From: Dipteris shenzhenensis
Taxonomy: Eukaryota
Reading direction: 5' to 3' (one strand)
Length of the DNA stretch: 64,000 bases
Assembly (NCBI GenBank): GCA_047967505.1
Contig: CM106538.1
The translations under genes were made by a program, and so were the position numbers. Positions 25,557-38,636 of the stretch are shown here, piece after piece. Each line of letters begins with the position of its first letter. Position 1 is the first letter of the stretch. The notes under the pieces were generated by a model. That model saw nothing but the letters and a program-made list of their open reading frames with translations. It was not told the DNA's origin and made no database searches.

Positions 25557-28152
25557 CAGCTAGAATGATGTTCGTTGCCTGCCTGTGTGCAGCGACTTGG
25601 AGAGTCCTGCTATCTACCCAATTGGAGATCTTCAAAGTAGCTTCCTTTGCCTTCTTCTTACTCTTGACACTCTGGCTTGTGAATCCTGCCTTCGGGTCCA
25701 CCTCTTCCGTGGTGGAGTGTGAGCTGAGCTCTCTTGGCTGCGTTGATGGAGATTATGTCCTCTAAACTCTTGAATTGGTCAAGATGAGAACTTTCTAATT
25801 GCCAAATTGTCCATGAAACATGAACAGCGTAGGGAAGAGCTAAGGGCCCCCCTTCTGCTTGTCCTCAATCTCCTGAATGATGACCGAAGTGGTTTTGGCA
25901 GGAATTGAGGCTGAACCTGAGTGGACCACGTCCTTATGAAGCTGCTTGTAATGTGGGCAATCTTGTTTTTTCTGCCTTGGAACATTGTATAGAAGCACCG
26001 ATTCTCTTTCCTGTATTTGGCCCGTGTCTCAACATCCAAGTAATAACAGTAGCCATTGTAGCATATTGCTGTCCAGTCCTCCTTGTTCAACTGTTGGCCA
26101 TTCCTGTTCCTAGCCTTCTAATGATGATGATAATCTTACTGCTGTAGCATCCCTCCTGCTGGATCCGGCTCCCATGGCTACCGCTGGCCCATGCCAGCAG
26201 CATGTCCATGGGCTGAAGCATGCCCATCCGAAAGATTTTACAGCTACTCGTAAGCGATGATCTGATACCAATGTAGCAGGCACTAGCCACACTACTACCT
26301 CTTCTGAAGCATGCTCGCATCATAAGTACTACTTTCAGTAAGCGAAAGGCTTGCATACATGTTTACGCTTGAAAGAGAGGACCCACATTGGGTTGCAAGC
26401 CCTCCCCCTTTGTCTTTGTTGCTTTGCCCAATACTTGCCTTGTGAGATCTCTCGTCCAATCCCCATGGCATAGGTACCTATGAAGGCACCATCTATGGCT
26501 GAGAATGTTGCCCCTACCTTTTACCAGCCCTGTACTGGCATTGGGGCTTCTCGCTGCTGATGCTGGCTACTCAATCTGCTCCTTTGAGGGCTCTTGTGGC
26601 TGCTATCGCTGAATAATGGCCTCATTGATAGAATTAGAGACATCTACCAAGGTCCCGGTTAATAAAGGAGCATGCTTGTAGCAAGGTAATCACCAAGGAT
26701 CTTCCACCAAACCCACAGGCTCTTCTAAGTTTTCAACAAATTACAAGATAAACATAGCATCATTCACTATTATACTTGAACCTCATGTATAGCTACATAG
26801 AATTGCAGAGGTCTCTATCTTTTGCAAAGGTGAGATTCTTGGCCAATCCAAGCACACAACAGTATCTTCTTCTTTTTAGAGTATTCCTCTAAATTGAAGT
26901 CTACAAATGTTATATACATCCCTGCATGTATGATACATAGACATGCCAGCGAGCAGGGATACCATAGGTAGTCAACTGTCAAGTTGTATAGCCCTAAGGC
27001 AGATACTCAGTGCTACAGTTACTATGCAGGAGAGTCAATGTCCTGATAATACAAAGACTCCTTTTCAATCTGTGAGCTCGGTACAGGAGCAACAAAAGGC
27101 AAACGTGTAGATCAGGCAGTGGTGATCAAATTTGGCAAGTCGGCCACATGCTCATGACCCAATTACTAATCCAATTGCTCTGATCTTGAGACAAGTTGTC
27201 CACGTCACATTATCCTCACACTTAAAAGTGTTTGCATCCCATTCCATGGATATCCACCAATCCAAGTGATGAGCTAGAGAAGGCATAGGTTTAATTCTAG
27301 ATCCGGGTGTCCTAGGGAAGTCCATCCCCATGGGAACCCCACAAATGAAGCCCTATCACCACCCATTAGTAATTTACCCTACCTAATTACTATTGATGGG
27401 TGTGTCAAGTCATCTTTTGGGTTAGTCCTTTGTGGGTATGCCCTCAACATACTTGAGCTGTGACATTAGCAGCATTGGCTTTTCCTAGCCATCAACCTTG
27501 CTCTCAAGGGTGATATTCATTATGTGAATGGTTATCCGTCTTGGACATTATCTTTTAATTACTTACAACAAAAATAGAGAAACCTCGCTTGTGTAGGCAG
27601 TGCTAGTTCTCTCACCCATCACCCTTGCTCACGCGGGTGGATGATCGGTGATATGGACATCTATTGTCCACGGTATGGACATCTATTCTGAACCATCAAA
27701 CTGAAAGAAAGGAATTTCAGAAATAACATTTACGGGAATTCAGCATGTACTTGTGACACAAGTAATGTGTGAAACATCATGACAGCAAGTCGCAGAATAA
27801 AGCTTCAATTTAATATGCAGTTAACTTTTTATAAGAAAAAGGGAAGGTAACTTTGCCATAAAACCATACCTAAGTGAAAAAGCAAGTGGACAATATGATC
27901 TGAGAACTTAAGAACAAACTGGAAGGGAAGAGGTAGTAGCCATTATCCGAATTATGAACGTATTCATTACATATACAAAGGCGGAATCAAGATCCGACAG
28001 GGAGAGGTCTCGTTGCAACTCACACACACTTTTACAACGTTTCACATCTCTTGTTCAATCTACCACTAACGTAAATTATTATCGCTTATTGCGACGCTTA
28101 TTAACCTCATTTCAACAGCCATGACACTCGATATACGCCACTCGCCTAGCTA

Positions 28153-28591
28153 TTATTGCCAAACAATAAGTATAAGGGACTCCCAAGCTTGAGAAACTGC
28201 GCGCTCTAATCTTTCACAATTGCTACTTTCAAAATTTGCATAAGTCCTTTTCCTAGTAAATAGCAAAGCTAACCAGAAATTTTTTTCATGTGAAGCTGCA
28301 AGCTTTACCGCCTTGTACACAACGGACAAGTGAGGCTTATCCTTCATTATCCTTCAACGTGCAACAATCCTTCAACGTGCAACAATCCTCGCTGCTGGCA
28401 CACAGCTCACCACCATTCCTGACAGTAGTTCCGCAAATCGTCTCTCCATCCTGTGAGCGCAGTTCAATGTCATACTGATCCAAGTGCTTAAACCTATCGA
28501 CTATATCATGAACGATCGATTCGCATTCGCTCATGTCGTCTATTGGAACTGCGAGGCTCGTAATTACGATGATCTCTAGTATTTTTGCCAT
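28153..28591 (-). pseudogene. Orphan ~140-aa reading frame broken by a 10-bp duplication
   Basis: Removing one copy of ttatccttca (28337-28356) fuses the 84-aa and 64-aa ORFs in frame (..CCTLKD-KPHLSVV..); an adjacent 18-bp in-frame duplication gives DCCTLK twice. Confidence 0.55.
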
Positions 28592-29122
28592 GACGAGCCA
28601 AAATCAAAGCTAGAGATAAGCTCTCACAAAACAGGAGGTGATGAAATCCAAGCTAGAGTTAGCTCTCAAAGACCCGGAGATGATGAATTTCAATGGCATG
28701 GAGGCTTAAAAAAACGCAAAAGCTAAGCACATGGACCCTTTTTAAAAAGCCCTAAAAAGCAAAGTTGTTTATGCAAAGCCAAAGAGTGTCACGCTCTTGG
28801 TATGGAGTGCATGGAGCTTCATTTGTAGGTAGGAGAACATAGAAAGCAAGGGCTTGCAAGGGTCATAGTTGTGAAACTACACCTCTTGGTGTGGATAAGT
28901 GCATGGAGCTTCATACTTTACTAGGTATCTAGAGGACAAAATAGAAAGCATGGGCTTTCAAGGGTCATAGTTGTGAAAGCATCGCCTTCCCTTCACTCTT
29001 TAGTTTAAGCTCGCCTTATCACGCTCTTGGTGTGGTCACACTCTTGGTGTGTATCAAGTGTGGGTGGCATTCATGTGTAGGTATATAAAGGAGAAAGGCC
29101 TACAAGTGTGGAGCGTACTTAA

Positions 29123-29171
<49 letters not shown>

Positions 29172-29173
<2 letters not shown>

Positions 29174-29406
29174 GTGTATCAAAGCTTTTATCATACTAGT
29201 CCTCTTTACAATGATGCCACATGTTTTACAAGGCACATCTTGTGAGTAACAAGATCAAAGTCCTATGGGTGCTAAAAGATTTTGCCAAGGTACATGCTAT
29301 AAGGCAAGCATTCAAAATTGTAAAAGGGCAGGTGGTCGAGGCTATAGTTTTAGAGGGATTGTTATAACCTCCGAAACCTCCGCCAACAACATGTTGTTAC
29401 ACATAG
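29172..29406 (+). pseudogene. Inactivated paralog of the 409-657 cysteine-rich peptide gene
   Basis: MCIKAFIILVLFTMMPHVLQGTSCE*; GAA>TAA at 29247, 1-bp deletion near 29359, 10-bp deletion near 29390; TATATAAAG at 29082. Confidence 0.85.
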
Positions 29407-30616
29407 TCCCTACCATCTCCAAGGTTTTGGTGTATAGTGGTTTCCTCCGCCATAGTCCTTCTTGCACTCCTACGATTTAAGGGAGACACCTGGATTCAAA
29501 TAATTGGTATGCAAGATGGATACCACCACTTCTCAACTTAAAACAAATATGTTTGCACTAAATGTGCAAGATCATAATAATGTTTGTATAAGACAAACGA
29601 ATGCTACCATTGCTACCATAATGCTGTGTTTGTCTCCTAGTCCTAATGGTTCCTCAATCTTTAAAAATTATAACTCATCAATGACTTGAAGTACTACTTG
29701 AATAAATTAATAACAACTTTGATAATTGGCAATCGAATATTTCAAGGGTCCCCCTTGTGTGGACCAAATTTGTGTATCAGTTTGTATATTTATCAGCGCA
29801 TTGAATTTCGTTTAATTTCATGTAGTCATCATCATTAATAACCCTTGTGTGTAACCCAACCGCGAATGGAATCACGCGAATCTGAATAGGTACCCCAAGC
29901 ATGAAAACCCCCATTAATTAGTTGGGGAGGGGGCATAAGGGATATCTAAACTTAAGTGGGGGAGTATTAATCAAGCTTAAAGGGGGAGGGGAGCATTAAA
30001 GAGGGCGGAGGGAGAGGAGCATATGTGAGAGGGGAAGGGGATGAGTATTAAAGAGGGAAGGGGGGACCACATGAAGGGCATTAAAGAGGGGAGAGGGATG
30101 AGGGACCATTTTATAATATTACTATAAGGAAGGGTTACATGATATGACTTTAGAGCTTAGTGGTAGGGCTCACACGTGAGAAGAGGAAGGTTTTGAGTTT
30201 GATCCTTTTCTTGAAAGTTTGGGGAAGCCGCCTTGAACATAGTCTATGCAATAAATTAAGGCATAGAGAAACATACGTTAATCAAAGCAAAAATAAATTA
30301 AGCCATAGATAAACATAGCTTAATTAACCCTCTAATGGATCAAAACTAACTAATTAATTGGTAGGGAGCATAGATGCAAATAGAATTGGTATCTTAGCCG
30401 CGGGCTCGATGCAGGGTGAGTTTGTACATTGGCATATTGACCCCGCTTTGGTAAAACTCTTGGAGAAAGCAAACACGGAGTTGTAGGATGGACGCTCCCC
30501 AAATCAAAATTTTCAAGCGAGCAAGAAAGCCCAAGAAGGAAAGGTACATAGCAAGGAAGCCTGGAAGAGGTTCGGAGATGAAACAACACCGAATAGATTC
30601 TTGAGATATCGGATAG

Positions 30617-30661
30617 GAGCTGCTGCCCAATTACTTCAAACACCACAATTTCTCCAGTTTC
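30617..30661 (+). pseudogene. Isolated fragment of a heat-shock-factor DNA-binding domain
   Basis: ELLPNYFKHHNFSSF versus the plant HSF motif DLLP(K/N)YFKHNNFSSF; flanks are unrelated and contain stops. Confidence 0.75.
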
Positions 30662-31876
30662 GACTTGTTGTAGGAAGCATCAGCCTTAGTCATGTTTTAA
30701 AAGGTAACAATCCGGTGCTAGGACCCTTGCTCCCATGCCAAGCCCCTTGACCTTGGCATGGTGAGGATTTGAATTTCACACAAAGCACTTAACCCCGTGC
30801 TTAGATTCCATAAAAAATGGGTTAAGAAATGGATTAGGCCTAATGAAAACCCTATTGTGGGGTCCAAGGGAGTCCTAACCCCCCCTATCTAGGTGGATTA
30901 AGCCTAGCTGAGTCCACCTCTTATACCTCTTACAACTAGGAGGGGGCCACCTCTTACACCTCTTACACCAAGGAGGGGACACTTCTAAGTTCTCCCAAAG
31001 TCAAAATTTTGAATTTTGAATTTAAATTCCCTCTCTCTCCCTCCTCCCCCCATCCTCCAAAGTCAAATTTTCAAATTTTGAATTTGAACTCCCTCTCTCT
31101 CCCTCCTCCTCCTCCCATCCTCCTCCCTGTCTCCCTCCTCCCTCTCTTCCACATGTCCCTCCTCCTCCTCCTCCTTCTCCTCCCTCCCCTCTCCCCCCTC
31201 CTCCCCCCTCCGTCCCCCCCCTCCTCCTCCCTTTGTCCACATGCCTCCTCCTCCTCGTCCTCCTCCTGCTCCCCCTGCTGCTTTTTCTTGCTCCTCCTCC
31301 TCCCTCATGCTCATCCATTCTCCTCTACTTTGCCCTCATGCTCATGTCTGCTCCTCCGTTTGCTTCTCCTTCCTCCTACTCATGTATGCTCCTTTTGTCT
31401 CATGCCCGCGCCTACTCCTATTGCTTCTCCTCCCTCCTACTCATGTTTATTCGTCTACCCTCATCCTCACACCTAGTCCTCTACTTGCCTCTCCTCCCTC
31501 GTAATCATTCATGGTCCATCTCATCCCTCCTCAAACATGACCTACCTTCTATCATGGCCTATCAAACTCTCTGTAAACTCTATGACTATTGATGGTAGAT
31601 CTCCCATGTTACCATGTGAACGTACAATTTCAGGATCAATATGTGACCCAAGCATCTTGAACCACTAGAGGTGCTATAAGGAGGAGAATATGAGCTAAAA
31701 GGTTAATTTTGTAGTGTGTCAATGAAATTTCTTACTTTGGATTATCCACAGTGGTGCATTATTTTTGCTAAGGTTCCCTCTGATGTTCTTTCAGGAACTT
31801 CACGGAGGATGAGATGAGGTGGGCATGGATGATTTGTACTCTTCATATTCAAAGACACAAACTCATGCATGAGCAA

Positions 31877-32125
31877 GTTATTTTGGAGGTGATGCAGGAC
31901 TTGAAGGGAATGGTGATGCAAAGGAGATTCCTGGAGCTTGTGATGCTGTTGATGTAAGTCTTGAAGCTCAACACCTTTCTCTTTTTAGAGGTGATGCAGG
32001 ACTTGAAGGGAATAGTTATTTTGGAGGTGATGCAGGACTTGAAGGGAATGGTGATGCAAAGGAGATCCCTGGAGCTTGTGATGCTGCTGATGTAAGTCTT
32101 GAAGCTCAACACCTTTCTCTTTTTA
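31877..32125. repeat. ~137-bp tandem duplication
   Basis: gttattttggaggtgatgcaggacttg...acctttctcttttta twice. Confidence 0.9.
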
Positions 32126-32322
32126 AAGCAACTCAAAAGTTGATTCAAGAAGGAGAACACACATGATACATTACATCTATTTAAATTTAAATTTCTAAAA
32201 TGTTTCTTCATGTGTGCAGTAGCAAGAAGGAACGGAAGCTTATGTGGACCCTTAGCAAGACCTTCCATGACTATCTATTTAGTCAAACTATAAATTCAAG
32301 TCAGCCAACGCATTTTTAGTAT

Positions 32323-32678
32323 TCTAGAACACACAATATTGTCAACTTCTATCACTTTCTTCCTGACCATGTCTCTAGAACACACTAGAGCTCAGAATAT
32401 TGCTAGCTTTGGTCACTTTCTTCTTGACCATGCCTCTACCACACATTGAAGCTCACAATATTGCCAGCTTGTGTCACTTTGTTCTTGACTCTGCCTCCAG
32501 AACACAGTAGAGCTCACAATATAGCCAGCTTTGGTCAATTTTTTCCTGACCATGCCTCTACAACACATTGGATCTCACAATATTGCCAACTTGTGTCACT
32601 TCCTTCCTGACCATGCCTCTAGAACACACTAGAGCTCACAACATTGCCATCTTTTGTCACTTTGTTCTAGACCATGCC
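32323..32678. repeat. 61-bp minisatellite, ~6 copies
   Basis: tctagaacacactagagctcacaatattgcca...tgaccatgcc at 32374, 32435, 32496, 32557 and 32618, plus a partial copy at 32323. Confidence 0.9.
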
Positions 32679-33659
32679 TGTTGGGAAAACAATAGCTGTC
32701 GGAGGGGAAAGAGCAGTTGTCTCCTATATGAGAGGGAAAAGCCAGAGGGAAAAAGTGCCAGTAGGACGGCAAAGAGTTGTTGTAGCAGAAGGAAAAGTAA
32801 GAGGGGACAAAGCAAGTATTTGTGGGGAAAGAGCACCTACAGGGGAGGGCTGAGCAAGAGGGCATAGAGCAAGAGAGGGTAGATCAAGAGAGAAAAGAGA
32901 AGGTGGAGGTAGAGCATGAGGGGATAGAGTAGGAGGAGGCACAAAAATAGTGAGAAGAGCAGGAGAGAAAAGACCAATTGTAGGAGGTGCTGCAACCCAA
33001 ATTTTGAAAAATGGAGGGAGAGAACAGTTGGGCCAGGGCAGAGGAGAAGAGAGAGTGGGTATAGGCCTATAATAGGCTAGAGGACAAAAGAAATTTGTCC
33101 AGAATGTTTCACAATGGAGGGAGAGGGCACTTGGATCATAGAAGTGGAGCAGATAGGCAAACCTGTAATACCCCAAGGATAAGAGAAATTCACCCACAAG
33201 GGCCCACAAAGCCTTAAATGAGATTTGGGGCTGATTTAGGGTGGGCGCACATGGGAGGGTGGTCAAGCATGGGTTAAGGGCGGGAGGATGGTATGGGTGG
33301 TCCCCAATGTAAGAGGAATATCCAATAAGGGCTCTCTATATGCCTGCCATCCCTCCACCTGAACATACCATCGCCCCACACAAAGGAGCACTCTCATTGG
33401 TATACCTCAAATCCCTCTCTAATCCCTTAAAATTAGGAAACACTAATTGGAGGCCCTTTTGAGACCCCATTTCTCCCCTAATGCAAGCCTTCAGTGTTCT
33501 AATTTCCCCTACTGTGAATTCCCGAGAGCGTTTCTATTATGTATATTTGAGCATTATCAGAGCTTTTCCTTAACGCCATTATAGGCTTATAGGATTTTGT
33601 ATATGTTGTTGCAAAGTTGTGTGCAAAGATTTGGAAGCGGGCATTACTGCACAAGACCT

Positions 33660-33901
33660 AACATGGAAATTGATGATGCAATAGGAACTTAGGGCAAGAG
33701 AGTAAAAGAGGAAGTGGCTATGCACCTACATAGGGTCACCAAGGGGCTTGAACAAGTCGAGGGCACTGAGGGAGGAGATAACATGGAAATTGATGATGCA
33801 ATAGGAACTTAGGGCAAGAGAGTCGAAGAGGAAGTGGCTATGCACCTACATAGGGTCACCAAGGGGCTTGAACAAGTTGAGGGCACTGAGGGAGGAGATA
33901 A
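33660..33901. repeat. Near-perfect 120-bp tandem duplication
   Basis: aacatggaaattgatgatgc...gagggaggagat twice with ~3 differences. Confidence 0.95.
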
Positions 33902-34899
33902 GCAAGCAATGCGAGCGAGAGGAGCACAAGTCCAAGTGCAAGATGGCCAGCTCTGCAATTCGGGGGGGAGGCATAGACTGTGGAGAGTGGCTCAAGTTGG
34001 ATGTACACCTGATGTAGATGAAGTAAGCACAGCATCTTTTGGACTTCACGGCATCGCTTGGGACATCCAAGAATTCGACAATGTAATGGCATTTTTCTTA
34101 AAATTCCCCACATAATGGAAAACTTGTGAGTCTAACGACTCATGTCTACATTGTGTATATGTAAGTGATTCTCTCCCTCTCCCTCCTTCTCTCTTGCTCT
34201 TTCTCCCTCTTTATTTAGTCGACTTACATGTTTTTGTAAAATTGTTGTACTTGGAAAGGCACATGCTATGCCGTCACCATCAATAGGACCCATATAACCT
34301 CTGCCAACCTCTACCTATGGTACATGCTCTTCTCACGATTGGTTGCTCCCTCTCAACCTCAACCAGCTAAAATGATGTTACTTGACGAACCCACTAGATA
34401 TCATAGGACTCCTACTACAATGGGTGTGCAAGGTCAAATCGCTTCTCCACCAAATGTTTGATTTCCTCAGCGTACTGCTTTCCTCATCTATCGGCGGCTC
34501 CTTAGAAATTTCTTGAGGGTGCCCCTAAATGCTAAGTACCAAACTCTAAAGCAATGGTTTATGGATGGTACACCCAATCAAAGTACTCACATTAGCCAAA
34601 AATGAGGAGCATATGCTAAGTACTAAACTCTAAAGCAATGGTATATGGATGGCACAGCTAGCCACAATGCTCACATTTGTTAATCTCATATAACAAAAAA
34701 TGAGGAGCATTTGTCAATCTCATATAGTCACCTAGAAGTTGGAAAAACTTTTAACTCCATCATAAGCTTTCAAGTGACATGACCTCCATATGCTGGTATC
34801 ACAGAATATAAGGGCATATCTCCACATTTATAATGCAAAATGAAAAAGAAAATTGCAATCTCCAACCTTGTGATGATCCTCAATGTTGCAAACCTTCAA

Positions 34900-36450
34900 C
34901 ATCATCATAGCATGGAACCATCTGATGTCCACCTTGCCTTAATCAGCACAAAACTTCCTTCTTGCCATCTTTTTGTAGGTGTTTTAATCTTTTGGATCCC
35001 TTGTTTTGAACCCCTCACAAGGGGCTGGCAAAAAACCCACTTGTTCCAAAATCAAAAGAACTTTACCACATGTTCATCAACAAGCCCACTAAATGCATTT
35101 TTACTTTGAGGTGTCCACTATAAGAGGCCAACAATTCCCTTCAATGTCCCTTTAACTCAACTAGGTGAAAACCCTTTGATATGCAAAAGCATATCTCCAC
35201 AATGCATGCCTTTAAGTCATCCACTAGATGCATTAGTTGAGATAAACCTAATGTAGGCTTTAAATGACTGATCCCCTTGACAAAATAGCACAATTGATAA
35301 CAACCTAGATGATCCAGCAAAATGTCCAAACTCACCATATTTATTACATCTTGTGTTTATGTCAACCTTGTTATTGAGACACATCCAAGGATCCATCATA
35401 AAAATGAGATCATTTTGAAATAGAATCGATTAGGGCTAGCATCCTACTTGGCTCAGCCACATAGGATGATTAAAAATATAGTACACTTTGCTAAATAAAC
35501 CATCATATTAAGCAAGAAGAGCTCATTTTCAGGACACAACAAAGGAAATGCTAAGCAAGCACCAAGTTCATTGCAGAGAGATATGTAGAATGAGAAAGAA
35601 CTTCTAGTCAGGTGTACCCAAGGGATGGCCAGTACAACACATCTAGAATGCATAACTAATCGGTAGATATACCACTTCTCCACCCTTGTATTACTCTTCT
35701 CATTCTGTTTGATTACTTGAACATTTAGATTTAGCATCTTCTTTGCAAGCAACTGACACCAACAGTACCATCAAACCTCCACAGAGAGCGCATTGATGGA
35801 TATTGGTGTAAGCTTGACCAAAGAGCTCTATCTCCAAAGGGACCATATCTGATTTCAAGCTTGCAAAGCTTCTCATTCACATACTGCATGCCAAAATCAC
35901 TATCTTCAGTGAAAGCTCTTCCCGTACACACAAATTTATTCAAACACTCTATCTATAAGCAAGCCATAAACTAATAGCCATTGCAAATTCTTGCAATTCC
36001 CCTACTTGTATTCAAACGCTGTATCTGTAAGCAAGCCAGAAACTGATAGCCATTTCAAATTCTTGCAATTCCCCCACAAGCGGGAGTTAGAGATGGAAAT
36101 GAGTGAATTTGGGGCAGTTCTTTGCAACGACTTCACAAGCAGGCCCTCCCTATTATTTCTTCAAGATGTTGTGTATTTCTTCCATACCCTCATCTTCAAG
36201 GTGTGATTTATAGAGTTCTTCCATCTCTTTTCTAGCTTGCTTTATCGGAGGTTTCCCTTCTTGTTTTATTTTTCAAGCACGCATTCCGAGTCATCTCTTT
36301 TCTTACAAGAGCTTTCCCTCTTCCATAACTTAGGCCCTACTAATCCCATTGATTGTGAAAATGCCATCGATGAAAGCATTGAGGGACCTGTAGACTTCTT
36401 CTGCAGTGTGTAGAGCAAATTTCACAAACCTTGACTACAATCTTACTATT
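34900..36450 (-). mobile_element. Highly decayed LINE reverse-transcriptase region
   Basis: FTEDSDF (FADD-like) near 35900, a YLG.P-like segment near 35625 and ALWRYAF..W segments near 35190, in the expected order. Confidence 0.45.
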
Positions 36451-37499
36451 GCAAAAGGACCCGATTGTTGAAATCAATTACTACCTTATTAGAACTGAAT
36501 CCAATCATAGCCGATTGTGACTGGGAAGATCTGATGTACTAGAAAATTGGATTGTACATCAAAAGAGTGAGAGACAAAAGAAATAGGGAGATTACAACCT
36601 TCTGGACCTCTAGTCCATTTACCAAGCATCCGCATGGCCTACACGTAGCGGGGCTAAGATCTACGTGGCATTAGCGGCTTAGATCTATGTGGTGGTCCTT
36701 GTCACGATAGCATGTATAACCATTCCCATTCACATAGCCACATTCAAATCGTCTATTCATCAACTAGATCTTACATAGCTAAATGTTTTTGCTTGCATGT
36801 GTTGTTGGTGTGCTATTGCATACAATTAATTTTAGAGAGGTCTATCCTATGAAAAGGTGCAAATAGTGCAAGAGACTCATCTTATTGTCCCCCTTAAGGA
36901 TGCAAAAGGGAAAATCTTGAATTTTTGGTTTTTTGATTTTTAAATTACTTTTGATTGGTTGTGGCATGGGATTCCTTGTTCCACATCCCAACTTACCATT
37001 TTGCCTCACTATTTTTTCTCCCTTCCACTCGCAACTTGCTATTTCACCCATAGGGCATGCCATTTGAATGAAAAAAGTCATTCACCTTGTTATAAGACAT
37101 GATTTGCCCCTTATTTAGCTCACTTAGTTGCATTGATGTTGCTCAATGTAGAAGATCCGTACATCAATTACCACGACAAATTCAAATGTATAACAATTGC
37201 GCCAAAAGACAAATAATTGTGCTAACCAAAAGAAAGTTAGGAGAGCAAGCACATGAGGAGAATGTGTTCTTGGTTGTACTCTACCATCCTTAGGCATATT
37301 GGAGCGGTGACACCATTATAAGGTGCGAGTTTAGCTTAATATTATAAGGTGCAAGATTGGACCCCCCTTTATTGCATTGGCACCTTCTCCTCCTCTCTCT
37401 CGATAGCTGAGGAACTTGTGGCACAAATAGACTTGGAATGTATAGGAAAGACTGCTGTAGAGCCTAGGAGATCCATTGTACATAATAGAGATCCAAGTC

Positions 37500-38636
37500 T
37501 GAGAGTCAAGAGATCAAGATAAGAGGATAGAGATTGACCTACCCATATCAAACTTAGATAGTAAGACCCATTTTACGATTGCACGGCATGGATAGAATGA
37601 AATATGACACGTTGTCAAGGTCCTTGTTTTGTGGACTCTCATACAATAACTAGACTTATTGTGTATGTCAAGTGGCACTGTGGGGCACTTCACATCAATC
37701 CTTGGATGAAGGAAGTAGTGGATGGCTAATTGTCTTGAGAGCAAGATGGCCTAAATTTGCTAGAAGTATGACTAGCCTTAATCGAGTTTGACAAGCAAAT
37801 CCTAGCACTATAACATTCTACATTTCATGTTTATCACTTTATGTTTGTTCTATTTAGACTATACATAATGCTTGTACTTTTATTTGCATGACTATAAGCA
37901 GCATATACTTGTTGATTTTGATGATTGAGATAGTCTTCACTAATGTGTTCTCATTGCCATGTAGGTCTCTGCTCAAATACAAGCAATAGCATATAGCAAT
38001 AGAACGAGCATATGAGCAACCCTTTAAAGGTGACATTTTTGCAACTAAAGTAGCACAAAAAGTTGAACAAAAAAGAGAAAGCAGCTCGTCTCATTTTCAA
38101 ACTTATGAAAAAATCTCTCATCCATTGGCTACTACTCAGATTAATGATTGTTAAATTTGGAACATAGCTCGAGATCGCTCAGATCGGTTAGATATCTCAA
38201 CTGAGAGTGTAATTTGCAGTGACTATTGAAAATCTTGGTATGATCGATTATGCATCGTGTAAACTGATTTTGATAGTAGCTGGTGGAACTATAACGTAGT
38301 TGGTGGGAAAATTAAGAGTCAGGGAGGGGTCCAAAATGGCTGACAATTTGTATTGGGCACCCATATCTGCAACTGATATTTTCAAAGACAAACTTAACTG
38401 TGCTTTAGCTGAGTTATCCAAGAGAGCCTTAGCTTCTACCCATTTGGTAGCATTATCAGTAGTAGCAACCACAATATACTTATTTTGTGTAAAGTAAGCA
38501 GGCTTGAAAGGACCAACAAAGTCCAATCCCCATCTTTCAAAAGCTTCCCAAGGATAAGTGGGTTGGAATGGCATTGATTGATTTGGCAAAAGACGGCTGG
38601 TACATTGGCATAGATTACATTGCATACACTTGGTTG
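37500..38636 (-). mobile_element. Ty3/gypsy pol relic (integrase core; weak RNase-H-like remnant)
   Basis: [54 protein letters not shown] near 37570. Confidence 0.8.

Larger units (their letters stand above)
26073..29732. repeat. Right arm of the inverted segmental duplication
   Basis: Reverse complement of blocks in 123-3703; arm-specific sequence at 27317-28788. Confidence 0.9.

Noticed and set aside
31009-31592. Pro/Ser/Leu-rich ORFs (also 52716-53510)
   Set aside because: Derived from C/T low-complexity tracts.
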